64,000 nucleotides of DNA from the NCBI GenBank assembly GCA_043228905.1, contig JBHGNT010000007.1, forward strand, positions 8,184,001-8,248,000, given 5' to 3'. The notes beneath the pieces were generated by a model that saw nothing but the letters and a program-made list of their open reading frames with translations, was not told the origin of the DNA and made no database searches. Shown in pieces: positions 11,422 through 23,902 of this stretch; position 1 is the first letter of the stretch, and every line of letters starts with the position of its first letter. Position numbers and translations under genes: made by a program. This stretch comes from Azolla caroliniana (Eukaryota > Plantae > Polypodiophyta).

Positions 11422-14400
11422 TCATGCCCGTAACATACTCCCCCTCTTTAAAACATTGCACTCTTGCAATGGAAAGTTAGGGAAATTAGTTCTAAGAGTA
11501 TTTTCGCATTCCCATGTGGCATCTTTTATTGATTTATCCATCCATTTTATTTTAAATTCTCGGATTTCTTTAGTACGTAATTTTTTTGTTTTAACATCGA
11601 GAATTCTTTCTGGTACATGTGGTTTAGAAGATAAATCTTCAGAAGTAACCAGAGTTTCAGTTGTAACTGTATTGTCGCCAGAACCTAGAAGTTCTTTTAG
11701 ACGACTCACATGAAAGACTGGATGAATTCCGACACCATCGGGAAGAGCGAGACGATAGGCTGATGACCCAATGCATTTGAGGACTGTAAAAGGTCCACAA
11801 AACCGTGGGGCTAACTTAGTGCACTTACCCATAGACAATGTCTTAGAATTGTGAGGTACACGTAAAAATACCATCTGTCCAGGGTTGAATACACGAGGTT
11901 GTCTATGATGATCGGCATAAAAATGCGCTCTATGTTGAGCTGTTTTTATATTATCTCGTGCAATATGCAACATATCTTGCATATCCCGAAGAAAGTTTTG
12001 CGTACTTCGCAACTCATCATGATGTATATTAACATCAATCGGGGTTCGTGGCTGAAAACCATACATCAACATAAAAGGACTATATCCCGTCAACATATGC
12101 TTGGAGCTATTATAAGCAAACTCCAAAATTGGGAGATAACGTTCCCATTTTGTTGGTTTTGCACCAACGTATGCTCGAAGCATGTCCTCAATAATTTGAT
12201 TTACTCGTTCTGTCTGTCCATCGGATTGAGGATGATCCGTGGAGCTCATGCTCAACGTAGTTTCTAACTTCTTAAAGACTTGCGTCCAGAAGTCACTAGT
12301 AAACTTTGGATCTCGATCACTCACGATATCCATCGGTAACCCATAAAAATGAAACAATTCGTCAACGAATTGGTAAGCCAATTCAGGAGCTGTTACCGTG
12401 GTTTTAGTAGCAATAAATCTGGCCATTTTAGTTAGTCGATCAACGACAACCCAGATGGCATCATGAACTTTTTGGGTGCGAGGAAGGCTAACAATAAAAT
12501 CCATGGATATACTTTCCCACTTATTATTGGGAATGTCCCAGGGATGTAAAAGTCATGTGGCTTTAAGTCGCTCGGCTTTGTTAACCTGACACTGGTGACA
12601 TTTAGTCACATAGCTATGTATGTCAGGACGCATCTTAGGCCAATAAAATTGAGTGGAGATGAGAACGAGTGTACGATGTATTCCAGGGTGCCCTGCTGAG
12701 GGTGCATCATGGCATTCAAAAAGAATCCTCTTTTTGACCTCGGGTAAATCTGGAACACAAACCTTCCCATTACGGTAGAGCAAACCGTTAGCAATGTGGA
12801 AGTATTCCTTCGAGGATGTGGTGGTGTCTGTTCCAGACTCAACTCTTGCCCAGTATTTTGCAAAATAACTATCATCAGGATACTTTCCTCGAAGGTGATC
12901 ATAAAGATCTGATGTTATTTCAGTGAAGCTAAGCATGTTAACTTCACGGATGCGACTTAGTGCATCAGCGACAGTGTTCATGGAACCTTTACGATATCGT
13001 ATGGAAAAATCAAAGTCCTGGATGAGATCAGCCCATCGTGCCTTACGACCTTTCAGGTCTTGTTGGTCACAAAAATATTTCAAGGACTCGTGGTCCGTAG
13101 TTACCACAAAGAGATTTCCATAAAGATAATGGCGCCATGTTTTGAGCGCATGTATAACTGCAAATAATTCCTTTTCTTGAATGGTATACTGACATTGAGC
13201 AGAATCAAGTTTCTTACTCTCGAATGTTATTGGTTTACCATCTTGATACAAGACAGCACTTATAGCATAATCGCTTGCATCGGTTTCAACCTCAAAAGGT
13301 TTTGAAGGATCAGGTAAAAGAAGTGAAGGAGCCTTGCAAACCAAGTCCTTGAGTTCCTTAAAGGCGAGGTCTAGTGTAGCATTCCACACAATAGGTTTTG
13401 TAGACTTACGCGTTTGACCTTTTAAAAGATCAGTAAACGGCGTCATCAATTGGGAGTAATTACGAAGAGACTTTCGCAAAAACCCGACAAAACCAAGGAA
13501 TGATCAAACTTCTCGAATATTCTGAAGAGTGGGCCAAAGCTTGATTTTCTCAATGCGAGAAGGATCAATTTCAACTCCTCGTTCGGTTATGAGATGTCCT
13601 AGATAAGTAATTGATTTCTTGAAGAACTCACATTTTGAGATCTTCGCATAAAACTGTTTGTCACGCAATGTTTGTAAAACAAAGCGGACATGTCTAGCAT
13701 GTTCTTGTAATGTACGGCTATAAACTAAAATATCATCCAAGAAAATAACGACAAATTTTCCAAGTTGTTCTCGGAAAATGTCATTCATTTCTTGTTGAAA
13801 AGTAGCCAGAGCATTGGTCAGACCAAAAGGCATAACCAAAAACTCATAATGGCCATAGCGCGTACGAAATGCCGTTTTAGGAACATCGTCCTCACTTATT
13901 CGTATTTGATGGTAGCCAGTACGGAGATCAAGTTTCGTAAAATACCAAGCTCCCTGGAGACGGTCAATTAGATCGTCAGCCCGGGGCAATGGGTACGAAT
14001 TCTTGATCGTCACTTTATTCAAGCATCGGTAATTAATACACATACGCCATGTGCCCTCTTTCTTTTTAACCAAGAGAACTGGTGCACCCCATGGAGATTT
14101 ACTATAACGTATATAACCCATTCGTAAATAGTCCTTGAGTTGTTTAGATACCTCATCTTCTTCGGATTGACTTAAGCGATACGAAGGTATACTTATTGGT
14201 GCAACACTAGGTACAATATCTATACGATGGTCTATATTACGTTTAGGAGGTAACCCATCAGGTAGTTCACTTGGAAAAACATCATGAAAATCATTTAAGG
14301 TTTCATCAAGTTGTTGTTGTTCAAAATATGTTAATTGAATCGGGACATTATCGATATTGTAAACGTGAATGTCCGGATCAAGTACACAATAAAATAACGT

Positions 14401-14554
14401 AGAACAAGACAACTCGGATATTGATGGACACGAGGAAACAATCGAGAGGGATTGTTCTTTTACACATTGAATAAATTGCGTACAATCGTTCAGTACAAAA
14501 GAAATGGAATGGCGAACCCAATCAATAAATAAAGAAGAGTTTTTATTATAAAAC
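11422..14554 (-). pseudogene. Chromovirus pol: RT, RNase H, integrase and chromodomain (frameshifted)
   Basis: ORF 13504-14412 (FLDD), ORF 12553-13479 (ETDASD, His-Cys zinc finger) and ORF 11422-12504 (SDRD, GQTER, GPF, PERILD..KIKW..DATWE chromodomain). Confidence 0.93.
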
Positions 14555-15892
14555 TGCTAAGAGTTAACAAACTGCTAAGAGTCGGCTTTATACGTCCGGT
14601 AAAGAAAGCGACATGGCTGAGCCCGATCGTAGTCGTACCGAAGAAGAACGGAAAAATTCGAGTTTGCGTGGACTACCGGAAACTCAATGCAGCTACGGTA
14701 ACGGATGCGTTTCCACTTCCGTTCACAGATGGAGTGTTGGATGCCGTCGCCGGCCATGAGGTCTATAGCTTCCTAGACGGATTCAACGGGTATAATCAGA
14801 TCTGGATGCACCCCGACGACCAAGAGAAAACGGCATTCGTCACCGAATGGGGGGTCTTTGTGGCCGTGGTGATGATGTTCGGACTCCAAAAGGCACCGGC
14901 AACATTTCAACGAATCATCATGGAAATCTTTGGTGAATATATACCGGCTTTTATGCAGGTTTTCCTTGACGATTTCGCCATCTATAGCTGGGAGGAGGAC
15001 CATTTTCAGCACCTCCGTCTTTGTCTAGAAAAGTGTAGAGCGTACCGGCAAAGTGTGTATTTGGCGTGTCCAATGGAACTTTATTAGGACATATTGTGAG
15101 CCAGGAAGGTATTGCAGTCGACCCGGACAAAGTGAAAGCCATATTAGAAGCACCGGCACCGGCAACGGCAAAGGCATTAAGCCGGTGTCGAGGTATTCCT
15201 CGCGGATACGTGGAGTGAGGCGGGACCTCGGGGGTCCTGTACCGAAGAGTAAGAGAGAGAGAGAGAGAGAGAGAGACCCACTACGTGCGAGCGTAGAATC
15301 ACAGGGACACGGCCCTTCGACGCAAAGACGTGAATGGGACAGCGACACAGAAAGACACGAAAGTATGTATGTATTCACAAGACAAACGACAAAACACGAA
15401 GACAACAAACCACGAAGTCGGTTACAACCGAACAGGCCGGCGGACAGATGCCGATGCCTGTTCGTAAGCGCACAGAAAGACAGGAACAGGTTGGAGGTGC
15501 TGCCCGAAGCACTCGGGCTTTCCTCGGAGCAGCGCGAGCCTCTCGAAACCTGCACAGAAGGAAGCTATGGAGTCTGCGAACCGGAGAGAGAGAGAGAGAG
15601 AGAGCGAGAGAGACCTATCCGCCAGCACTTCGTCCTCGACTCCCCGCCTCTCTACCCTCTCGTCTCCCTCCTTTTATAGGCTAGGAAGGAGCCGTTTCCC
15701 CCCCTTTCCTCCCTACCTACCGTATCTACCTATATACAACTTAAAGCGCACGTGCATGAAGAGTCGGTTTCTACGCTCCGGTACACCGATTCCGCTTGTG
15801 GACGGTTTTCTTCACGACATCCGCCCCTACCTAACCGCGCATCCACCGGCATGCGCCAAGTTGTGTTGGGACGGAGAAAACCGGTCCAGCCT

Positions 15893-18443
15893 TCATTCCA
15901 CGCCCGTCGGTTCTTCCTCAGTTTCGGATCGCTCGTCGTCGTGGTCCAAGTCAACCTGATCCGGCTCGTCGTCGTGACGCTTCTTGAACGTCTTGATCCG
16001 CTTCCCAGCTACCGGTATCGTCATTCTCGTACCGTCGAGTTCCGCCAGATGGTACGTCCCGTTGTCGTTGGCGCTTTGTACCACATAAGGCCCGAACCAC
16101 CTTCTTGCGAACTTCCGCGTCGCTCGGTGCTGGTTGTCGAGGCTGCTGTCGTAGACTAGCACCCAGTCGCCTTCCTCGATCTTCTTCGGTCGGAGCCGGT
16201 GTGTTCGGTCAAACCTGGCTTTGTTCCTCATCCTTGTTCCCTGAAGCTTTTCCGCAGCTTGCTCCACGTCCTCCGGTCTCCGCTCGAGCTGTCGTATGCG
16301 CGCCGTCAACAGTTCCTCCTGGCTCATCTCGTCTCTCCAGTCCACGGTTGCCCATGAGGAGACCGTACGTTCGATCGGCATGATCGGCTTCTGCCCAAAC
16401 ATGAGCTCTGCCGGCATGAATCCGGTTACCGAACTGTGCGTAGTCCGGTCAGCCCACAACGCGTAAGGCAGTAGCCGCGGCCAATTCCCGACCCGACCTC
16501 CGCATGCCCGAACTAACGCCTTGACGATCGGTCCGTGTCCGCGCTCCACCTTTCCATTCGCCTCCAGATTGTACGCAGTGGTAAGCGAGAGCTTGACTCC
16601 TAGCCGGTCGAACAGCTCCTCGGCCTCTTCGGCGTCCAACTCCCCGCGATCAGCCACGATCTTCCCGACGCACCCGTACCGGCATATTACGTCCTCGCGC
16701 AGGAACCGACATACGGCCGCAGTCGTTTTGTTCTGAAGGGCCCGGCCTTCCACCTGGTTCGTTAGATCCTCCCGAGCCAGGACCAGATACCGCATCTGTC
16801 CTACTCCTATCGGCATCGTTACCAGGTCTACCATCCATTTGAAGTGGATGGTCGGAGGGTACGTAGGGTGAAGTTCGTCCCGGTGACGGACTATGGAGTG
16901 CATCTGACAGCTCTCACAAGTTGTCACGAATCGATGCACGTCCCGGTACAGTCCCGGCCACCAGTACTTCCCTACGTGGCCCAGGTTCCACGGTGTCCAG
17001 CCCAAGGGCTGTCGTGGTAGGCCGTCAGCAGCTCCTCCTGTTCTTCCTTTATCGCCACCACCCGGAGCGGAGCGCCGTCCCTCTTCTTCAGGTGCTTCCA
17101 TAAGTATCCGTCTCGGAGAAAGAATCGGTAAGCTTTCTTCCGGATCCGGTTGGCCTCGTCCTTCGTCCATGACGCATCCGGCGTCATTGTCCTCAAGAAT
17201 CCACCGATCTGGAGCCACTCGCCGTCGTACTTGCTCTCATCGAAGTCGTTAAGTGCCGGAGTGCTCGTCCCATCGGTCGTCACGTACGCCGCTTCGAAGA
17301 AGTCCACGCCGACTTCTTCGTCCTCCGAAACCATGCCGCCCTCGTTATCAAACCTCGCCCTCGAAAGCATGTCGGCCATGGCGTTGTCCTTTCCGGAAAT
17401 GTGTCGTATCTCCGGGTCCAGGGACTTGATGTACGCTATCCACCTGAGCATCGCCAGGTCCGGTGTCGTGCATCCGGAAACCATGCCGAGAATCGGCAGG
17501 CAATCCGTCTCGATAATCACTTCTGTCCCGATCAGGTAGTCTTTGTCCGCCTTTACCGCCGAAACGATACCCCAGAGCTCGCGTTTAACCTGGGCGTACC
17601 CTCGCTGTCGCTCACTGAGGACCTTAGCGCCGAATCGGATCGGGAATCGGGTGCCGTCCTCGTCTTCTTGGTTGACGACCCATCCGATCCCGGTCGGGCT
17701 CGTATCCACCGTTATGTATACCGGGGTACCCTTCTCGTAGTCAGCCTTCCGGAGCGCCGGTGTTGCCGCAAGAGCTTCCTTCAGCTTCCGGACCGACCCC
17801 GTGTGCTCGTCTCGCCACTCGAATCTTTGCCCCTTCTTCAGCAACCCATATAGTGGCTCCGCAACGTGGGCGTAATGCGGGATCCATATGTGGTAGAACG
17901 CGCATGCCCCCAGGAACCTCCGAACTTCCGTAACCGAGCTACAGTCGGTCTTCATCGCAGAGATGGCTTCTACCTTTGCCGGAGACGGCTTCCGGCCATA
18001 TGGTCCACATAGATGCCCGACCACCAGGATTTCTGATTGCCCGAAGGCCGATTTCTCCCCGGAGAAGGTGAGCCTCGCATCCTCTAGCCTTTGTAGCACC
18101 TTCTCGCAGTCGTCGATGTGTGTTGCTACGAATCGCCGGCATCCGTCCGGCCCGAGTGTCTCGTCCTTCTCTTCCTCCGGGCACCCCTTTATGGGGATGT
18201 TGTCTAGAAACGGCATGGTGATGTCCGGTATGCAATCCCTCAGTACTTTGTTCATTGCATTTACCATGTGAGCCACCGAGTTAGTCCCTCCTTGTGGCAG
18301 GGTACACATTCGCACTAGGCCGAGGGGAGTTCGCATCGTCATAATGTCTCTGCTCTCCACGGCTAGCTGGAACTGGTCGTACCCTGAGTACAGATCACCG
18401 ACCGAGTAAATCGTCCTTCCGGCAAAGGCCTCCGCGAACTCGT
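15893..18443 (-). pseudogene. RT, RNase H and integrase of the Trp-primed Gypsy
   Basis: DLYSGYDQ, LPQGGTNSV, PFLDNIPIKG (second catalytic D is N), VDTSPTGIG, ADRGE, NGKVER, WFGPY. Frameshift near 16975. Confidence 0.9.
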
Positions 18444-18509
18444 TGTTGGGATTTCGGTCCCTCCGGATGGGATGTCCGGAGATAAATGACGGCAAGCCCG
18501 GTTGCTGGC

Positions 18510-18677
18510 TACGGGGCCGGATGACGAAGACCCCGGCTACGGAGCCGGATGATGAATACCCCAGCTACGGAGCCGGATGAGGAAGACCCCGGCTACGGAG
18601 CCGGATGATGAATACCCCAGCTACGGAGCCGGATGATGAAGACCCCGGTTACGGAGCCGGATGCCGAATGTACCCGG
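18510..18677 (+). repeat. 28-bp tandem repeat in LTR U3 (6 units in the 5' LTR, 4 in the 3' LTR)
   Basis: CTACGGAGCCGGATGA(T/G)GAA(G/T)ACCCC(G/A)G units. Confidence 0.92.
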
Positions 18678-19171
18678 AGAGAGATCCGGATGCGGGGACA
18701 TATTTGTGAATATGTTTGCCAAGAGCCCTTGAGGCTACATTTGTAAATAGCCCGAAAGTCATATGTGTATAAATATGACTTAGGGCAAACAGTTTTTATC
18801 TGTTGCTCATTTTTATGCGAAGAGTGAGCAGCCGCGGAGAGAGAAAGTGAGATAGAGCGCGAGAGAGGAAGAGGACGACGCCTCTGTGTATTTCCGCCGC
18901 CTGTGGCGAGGACAGCGAGCTCAAGGTCATCGCCTTGGAGCTCGCCATTGTATACTTCTCTGTATAGTGTTGGTTTGGAGTCTTGTACTCCCGTGGTTTT
19001 TCCCGTCTAGGGTTTTCCACGTTAATCCCTGTGTACTCGCGTTTTGTTTCTCTGTGTGATTCCTATTTTCTGCTCAATCGATTCGCGCTTACTCGGTTGT
19101 GGCCGAGTGAAGAAGGTGAATCTAAGCGTCGATTCCTTACAAACTGGTATCAGAGCGAACTGCTGCAGAAA

Positions 19172-22100
19172 ATGGAAGGCGGCGGCAGCGGGCAGCCAGG
19201 GATGATGGTGCTGAATGCGCAGAACTACGCCGACTGGAAGATCAAGATGGAGGATCTTCTGATTGTTCGGGACCTGTACGAACCGATTGACAGGTCGGAA
19301 ATACCGAAGGGGGTACTTGAGTCGGAATGGAGACTTCTGAACCGGAAAGCCGTTGCAACCATTCGGCAATACGTCGATGTAAGCGTCCTACAACATGTGG
19401 TGAACGACACCAACGCATACGAGATGTGGAAGAAGCTGTCGGGCCTCTATGAGAGGAAGAATGCGTTGAACCGGACCTCCCTGATGAGGAAGATAGTGAA
19501 TCTCAAGTACCGGGACGGCGAGAGTATGGTGGAACACGTAAGCACGTTCATGGGATTCGTGAACCAGCTTGCGGCGATTAAGTTCCCGTTGGAGGATGCA
19601 ATGCAAGCCATCATCCTGATGTGTACATTGCCGGAAAGCTGGGAGAACTTGGTGGTGACTCTCAGCACCTCGTGCACCGAAGATAACTTGTCCTTACAAA
19701 CGGTAAAGACAAGTATTTTGAACGAAGAAGCGCGTCGGAGAGATAAAGAACCGGCCTCCGACACGAAGGCGCTGCTTACCGAATCGGATCGGGGAAGACA
19801 ATGGAACCGGAGTCCGCAAAGACGGGAGAAGTCGGGGACCCGGTCGCAGTCAAGAGGAAGGCCTACATGCTTCCACTGTGGGAAGCCGGGGCACTTCCGA
19901 AATAATTGTCGGCATCACCGAAAAGACAACGGAGCCGACGACACCGATTCGAAGAAGTCACCGGAGAGAAACGGTGCATACCGGGGAGCCACAGACCGGA
20001 GAGGTTCGGATCGGCGAGGGCAGGACCGGAAAGGAACAACAGCACTCGCGGCAAGTGAGGAAGAAATCATGCTCATCACCGAAGAAGGTGAGCTAAACGT
20101 TGCCGGCGATGAGACGACCTGGGTGGTCGATTCCGGAGCATCGTTCCACCTGACCCCGGAGAGAAGATACTTCTCATCCTACACAGCCGGTGAGCATGGC
20201 TGTGTTCGGATGGGAAATGAAGGTACGTGCCGGATTGCCGGCATCGGAGACGTGTGGTTGACAACCCCAACCGGATGCAAGATGCTGCTGAAGGATGTAC
20301 GACACGTTCCGGAGGTCCGATTGAACCTGATCTCGGCCGGGAGGCTAGATGATGAAGGCTACACGGGCAGCATCCGGAACGGTGTCATGAAGTTCAGCAA
20401 AGGGAGCCTGATTGTGGCTCGGGCCCGGAAGGTCAACACACTGTACCTGATGAATTCCCGGCTATGTCCGGAGGAGCTGAACGTGGCAGCCGACACTGCC
20501 GGTGAGCTGTGGCACAAGAGACTGTGCCACATGAGTGAGAAGGGGATGAAGAGGCTTGCAGAAGACAACCTTATTCCAGTGAAGCATGTGCACCTGGAGA
20601 AGTGCACCGATTGCCTGGCCGGTAAGCAGAACCGAACCTCCTTCCACTCAAGGCCACCGACGAGACGTAGCGCACCATTGGAGTTGGTGCACACTGATGT
20701 GTGTCAGGTAGAAACCAAGTCACATGGCGGAGCCCAGTACTTTGTAACATTCATCGATGATTACAGTCGGAAGCTGTGGACGGCACCGCTGAAGACAAAG
20801 GACCGAGTGTTGTCCGTCTTCAAAGAACTCCACGCGAGAGTGGAAAGAGAATCCGGCAAGAAGCTGAAAGCGATACGAGCGGATAACGGAGGGGAATACC
20901 GGGGGCAGTTCGAGGAGTACTGTCGCTCGAAGGGAATCCGGCTCGAGCTTACTGTGCCGAAGACGCCGGAACTGAACGGGCTGGCCGAGAGGATGAACCG
21001 GACCATAATGGAGAGGGTCCGGAGTATGCTGGCGCATGCGAAATTACCCAAGGGGTTTTGGGCTGAGGCAATGTCGACGGCGACATACGTGATAAACAGA
21101 TCACCCTCAGTACCTTTGGATGGAGACACGCCGCAGAGAGTGTGGACCGGTAGGGAAGTATCCTACCGGCATCTGAAGGTGTTCGGGTGTCTCGCATATG
21201 TGCATGTGGCAAAGGACCGGAGAGGAAAACTAGATCCAAAGACCCGGCCATGCATATTCCTCGGTTACGGCAACGACGAGTTCGGCTACCGAGTATGGGA
21301 CCCGGTCGACAAGAAGATATTCAGGAGTCGTGATATCATCTTCATGGAGGACAAGACACTCGCCGACTGGGAGTCGGAGAAGAAGATGAAGAGCTCAAAG
21401 TCGACCGGTGAGAATCAACTCTACGAAGAGCAGTCCCGACCGGCAAGGGACCGGTTAGCACTCGAGGATCCGGCCGAAGACGGTGAAGAAACAGAACCGG
21501 CCGAGGAAGATGAAACTGATACCGGAACCGGCCCCGATCCCGAAATGGATTCGGATGAAGAGGAAACGGAGGAGCCGGTTACCGAAGCCCCGGAACGGAG
21601 ATATCCTCTAAGAGAGAGAAGGGCCCCCCGGAGATTTTCGGAACCAGAGCACGTGCTGCTAACCGACGAGGGGGAGCCGGAGAATTTTGAAGAAGCAGAG
21701 CTTGACACACATAGCCGCAGGTGGTTAAGTGCCATGCAGGAGGAGATGGATTCCCTGCATGAGAACCACACATATGAACTTGTGGAGTTGCCGAAAGGAA
21801 AGCGGGCACTTCGAAACAAGTGGGTGTTCAAGCTGAAACCGGGAGATGCCGGAAACCCCCCGAGATACAAAGCCAGGATCGTGGTGAAGGGGTTTCAACA
21901 GAAGAAGGGCGTCGACTTCGACGAGATATTTGCCCCGGTAGTGAAGATGACCTCCATCCGGACGGTGCTGAGCATAGCGGCAAGCATGGACCTCGAAATA
22001 GAACAGATGGACGTGAAGACGGCATTCCTTCACGGTGACCTCGATGAAGAGATCTACATGCAGCAACCGGAAGGATTCGAGAAGAAAGGGAAGGAGCACC

Positions 22101-23245
22101 TGGTATGCCGGTTGAAGAAGAGCCTTTACGGACTGAAACAGGCTCCCCGGCAATGGTACCGGAAGTTCGACTCCTTCATGACCGACGAAGGGTACCTCAA
22201 AACGCAGTCCGACCACTGCGTGTTTGTGAAGAAGTTCGAAGGAGGAGACTTTCTAATACTCCTCCTGTACGTGGACGACATGTTGATCGTCGGACGGGAC
22301 CAGGTCAAGATACGGATGCTGAAGAAGGCTCTTCACCGAACCTTCTCAATGAAGGACCTGGGTCCGGCGAGGCAAATACTAGGGATGCACATCATCCGGG
22401 ACCGGAAGAAGAAGCAGTTGTGGCTGTCACAGGAGAAGTACGTGACAAAGGTGCTTCAACGGTTCAACATGTCGGAAGCAAGACCGGTCGGATCGACCCT
22501 CCCGGCAAACTGCAAGCTGTCCAGCAAGCAAAGTCCCAAGACAAAGGCTGAAAAGGAGGATATGATGAAAGTACCATATGCCTCTGCCGTCGGAAGCTTG
22601 ATGTACGCAATGGTGTGTACAAGACCGGACATAGGATATGCAGTTGGAGTGGTGAGCCGGTACATGAGCAATCCCGGCAAGGAGCACTGGAACGCGGTCA
22701 AGTGGATACTCCGATACCTGAAGGGCACGACAAACGTGTGCCTCCGATTCTGCTCCGGTAAGCCCGAACTCGACGGCTTCACCGATTCGGATATGTCGGC
22801 TGATGCAGATACCAGCCGGTCCACATCAGGGTATGTGATGACGTATGCAGGGGGAGCTGTTTCGTGGCAGTCGAGGCTGCAGAAGACGGTTGCGCTGTCA
22901 ACCACGGAGGCGGAGTACATGGCGGCTGTTGAAGCCAGCAAGGAAATAATATGGATGAAGGACTTCATTAGAGAGCTCGGTATCCGGCAAGAGGAGTACC
23001 GACTCTACTGCGACAGTCAGAGTGCCATCCACCTTGCGAAGAACGCGGCCTATCACTCCCGGACAAAGCACATCCAGCGAAGATATCACTGGATCCGGGA
23101 AAGGATAGAAGACCAGGAGTTCGTGCTGACGAAGATCCACACGGACGAGAACGGCTCAGATATGCTGACCAAAGTGCTCACACCCGACAAGCTGGAAGCA
23201 TGCCGGAAGAGGATCGGTTTGGAGAGACATCCCATGCCGAAGTGA
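19172..23245 (+). CDS. Copia Gag-Pol polyprotein (1357 aa, uninterrupted)
   Basis: First ATG after the PBS. CFHCGKPGHFRNNC, WVVDSGAS, GAG-pre-integrase, HTD/ADNGGE/NGLAE, LYVDD, FTDSD..TEAEY..CDSQ. Confidence 0.96.
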   Translation: MEGGGSGQPGMMVLNAQNYADWKIKMEDLLIVRDLYEPIDRSEIPKGVLESEWRLLNRKAVATIRQYVDVSVLQHVVNDTNAYEMWKKLSGLYERKNALNRTSLMRKIVNLKYRDGESMVEHVSTFMGFVNQLAAIKFPLEDAMQAIILMCTLPESWENLVVTLSTSCTEDNLSLQTVKTSILNEEARRRDKEPASDTKALLTESDRGRQWNRSPQRREKSGTRSQSRGRPTCFHCGKPGHFRNNCRHHRKDNGADDTDSKKSPERNGAYRGATDRRGSDRRGQDRKGTTALAASEEEIMLITEEGELNVAGDETTWVVDSGASFHLTPERRYFSSYTAGEHGCVRMGNEGTCRIAGIGDVWLTTPTGCKMLLKDVRHVPEVRLNLISAGRLDDEGYTGSIRNGVMKFSKGSLIVARARKVNTLYLMNSRLCPEELNVAADTAGELWHKRLCHMSEKGMKRLAEDNLIPVKHVHLEKCTDCLAGKQNRTSFHSRPPTRRSAPLELVHTDVCQVETKSHGGAQYFVTFIDDYSRKLWTAPLKTKDRVLSVFKELHARVERESGKKLKAIRADNGGEYRGQFEEYCRSKGIRLELTVPKTPELNGLAERMNRTIMERVRSMLAHAKLPKGFWAEAMSTATYVINRSPSVPLDGDTPQRVWTGREVSYRHLKVFGCLAYVHVAKDRRGKLDPKTRPCIFLGYGNDEFGYRVWDPVDKKIFRSRDIIFMEDKTLADWESEKKMKSSKSTGENQLYEEQSRPARDRLALEDPAEDGEETEPAEEDETDTGTGPDPEMDSDEEETEEPVTEAPERRYPLRERRAPRRFSEPEHVLLTDEGEPENFEEAELDTHSRRWLSAMQEEMDSLHENHTYELVELPKGKRALRNKWVFKLKPGDAGNPPRYKARIVVKGFQQKKGVDFDEIFAPVVKMTSIRTVLSIAASMDLEIEQMDVKTAFLHGDLDEEIYMQQPEGFEKKGKEHLVCRLKKSLYGLKQAPRQWYRKFDSFMTDEGYLKTQSDHCVFVKKFEGGDFLILLLYVDDMLIVGRDQVKIRMLKKALHRTFSMKDLGPARQILGMHIIRDRKKKQLWLSQEKYVTKVLQRFNMSEARPVGSTLPANCKLSSKQSPKTKAEKEDMMKVPYASAVGSLMYAMVCTRPDIGYAVGVVSRYMSNPGKEHWNAVKWILRYLKGTTNVCLRFCSGKPELDGFTDSDMSADADTSRSTSGYVMTYAGGAVSWQSRLQKTVALSTTEAEYMAAVEASKEIIWMKDFIRELGIRQEEYRLYCDSQSAIHLAKNAAYHSRTKHIQRRYHWIRERIEDQEFVLTKIHTDENGSDMLTKVLTPDKLEACRKRIGLERHPMPK

Positions 23246-23902
23246 AGGGGGAGTTTGTTGGGATTTCGGTCCCTCCGGATGGGATGTCCGGAGATAAATG
23301 ACGGCAAGCCCGGTTGCTGGCTACGGGGCCGGATGAGGAAGACCCCGGCTACGGAGCCGGATGATGAATACCCCAGCTACGGAGCCGGATGATGAAGACC
23401 CCGGTTACGGAGCCGGATGCCGAATGTACCCGGAGAGAGATCCGGATGCGGGGACATATTTGTGAATATGTTTGCCAAGAGCCCTTGAGGCTACATTTGT
23501 AAATAGCCCGAAAGTCATATGTGTATAAATATGACTTAGGGCAAACAGTTTTTATCTGTTGCTCATTTTTATGCGAAGAGTGAGCAGCCGCGGAGAGAGA
23601 AAGTGAGATAGAGCGCGAGAGAGGAAGAGGACGACGCCTCTGTGTATTTCCGCCGCCTGTGGCGAGGACAGCGAGCTCAAGGTCGTCGCCTTGGAGCTCG
23701 CCATTGTATACTTCTCTGTATAGTGTTGGTTTGGAGTCTTGTACTCCCGTGGTTTTTCCCGTCTAGGGTTTTCCACGTTAATCCCTGTGTACTCGCGTTT
23801 TGTTTCTCTGTGTGATTCCTATTTTCTGCTCAATCGATTCGCGCTTACTCGGTTGTGGCCGAGTGAAGAAGGTGAATCTAAGCGTCGATTCCTTACACTC
23901 GT

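Larger units (their letters stand above)
18444..23897 (+). mobile_element. Intact, young Ty1/Copia element
   Basis: LTRs 18444-19141 (698 bp) and 23256-23897 (642 bp), near identical apart from a 56-bp repeat indel. TSD CTCGT. PBS TGGTATCAGAGC at 19145-19156. PPT GAAGGGGGAG. Confidence 0.98.

Noticed and set aside
15025-15959. ORFs rich in ER/SL repeats (also at 26955-27615)
   Set aside because: Translations of LTR (AG)n tracts
18983-19171. N-terminal 63 aa of the 1420-aa ORF
   Set aside because: Lies in the LTR/PBS and starts at a non-ATG codon; the likely start is ATG 19172
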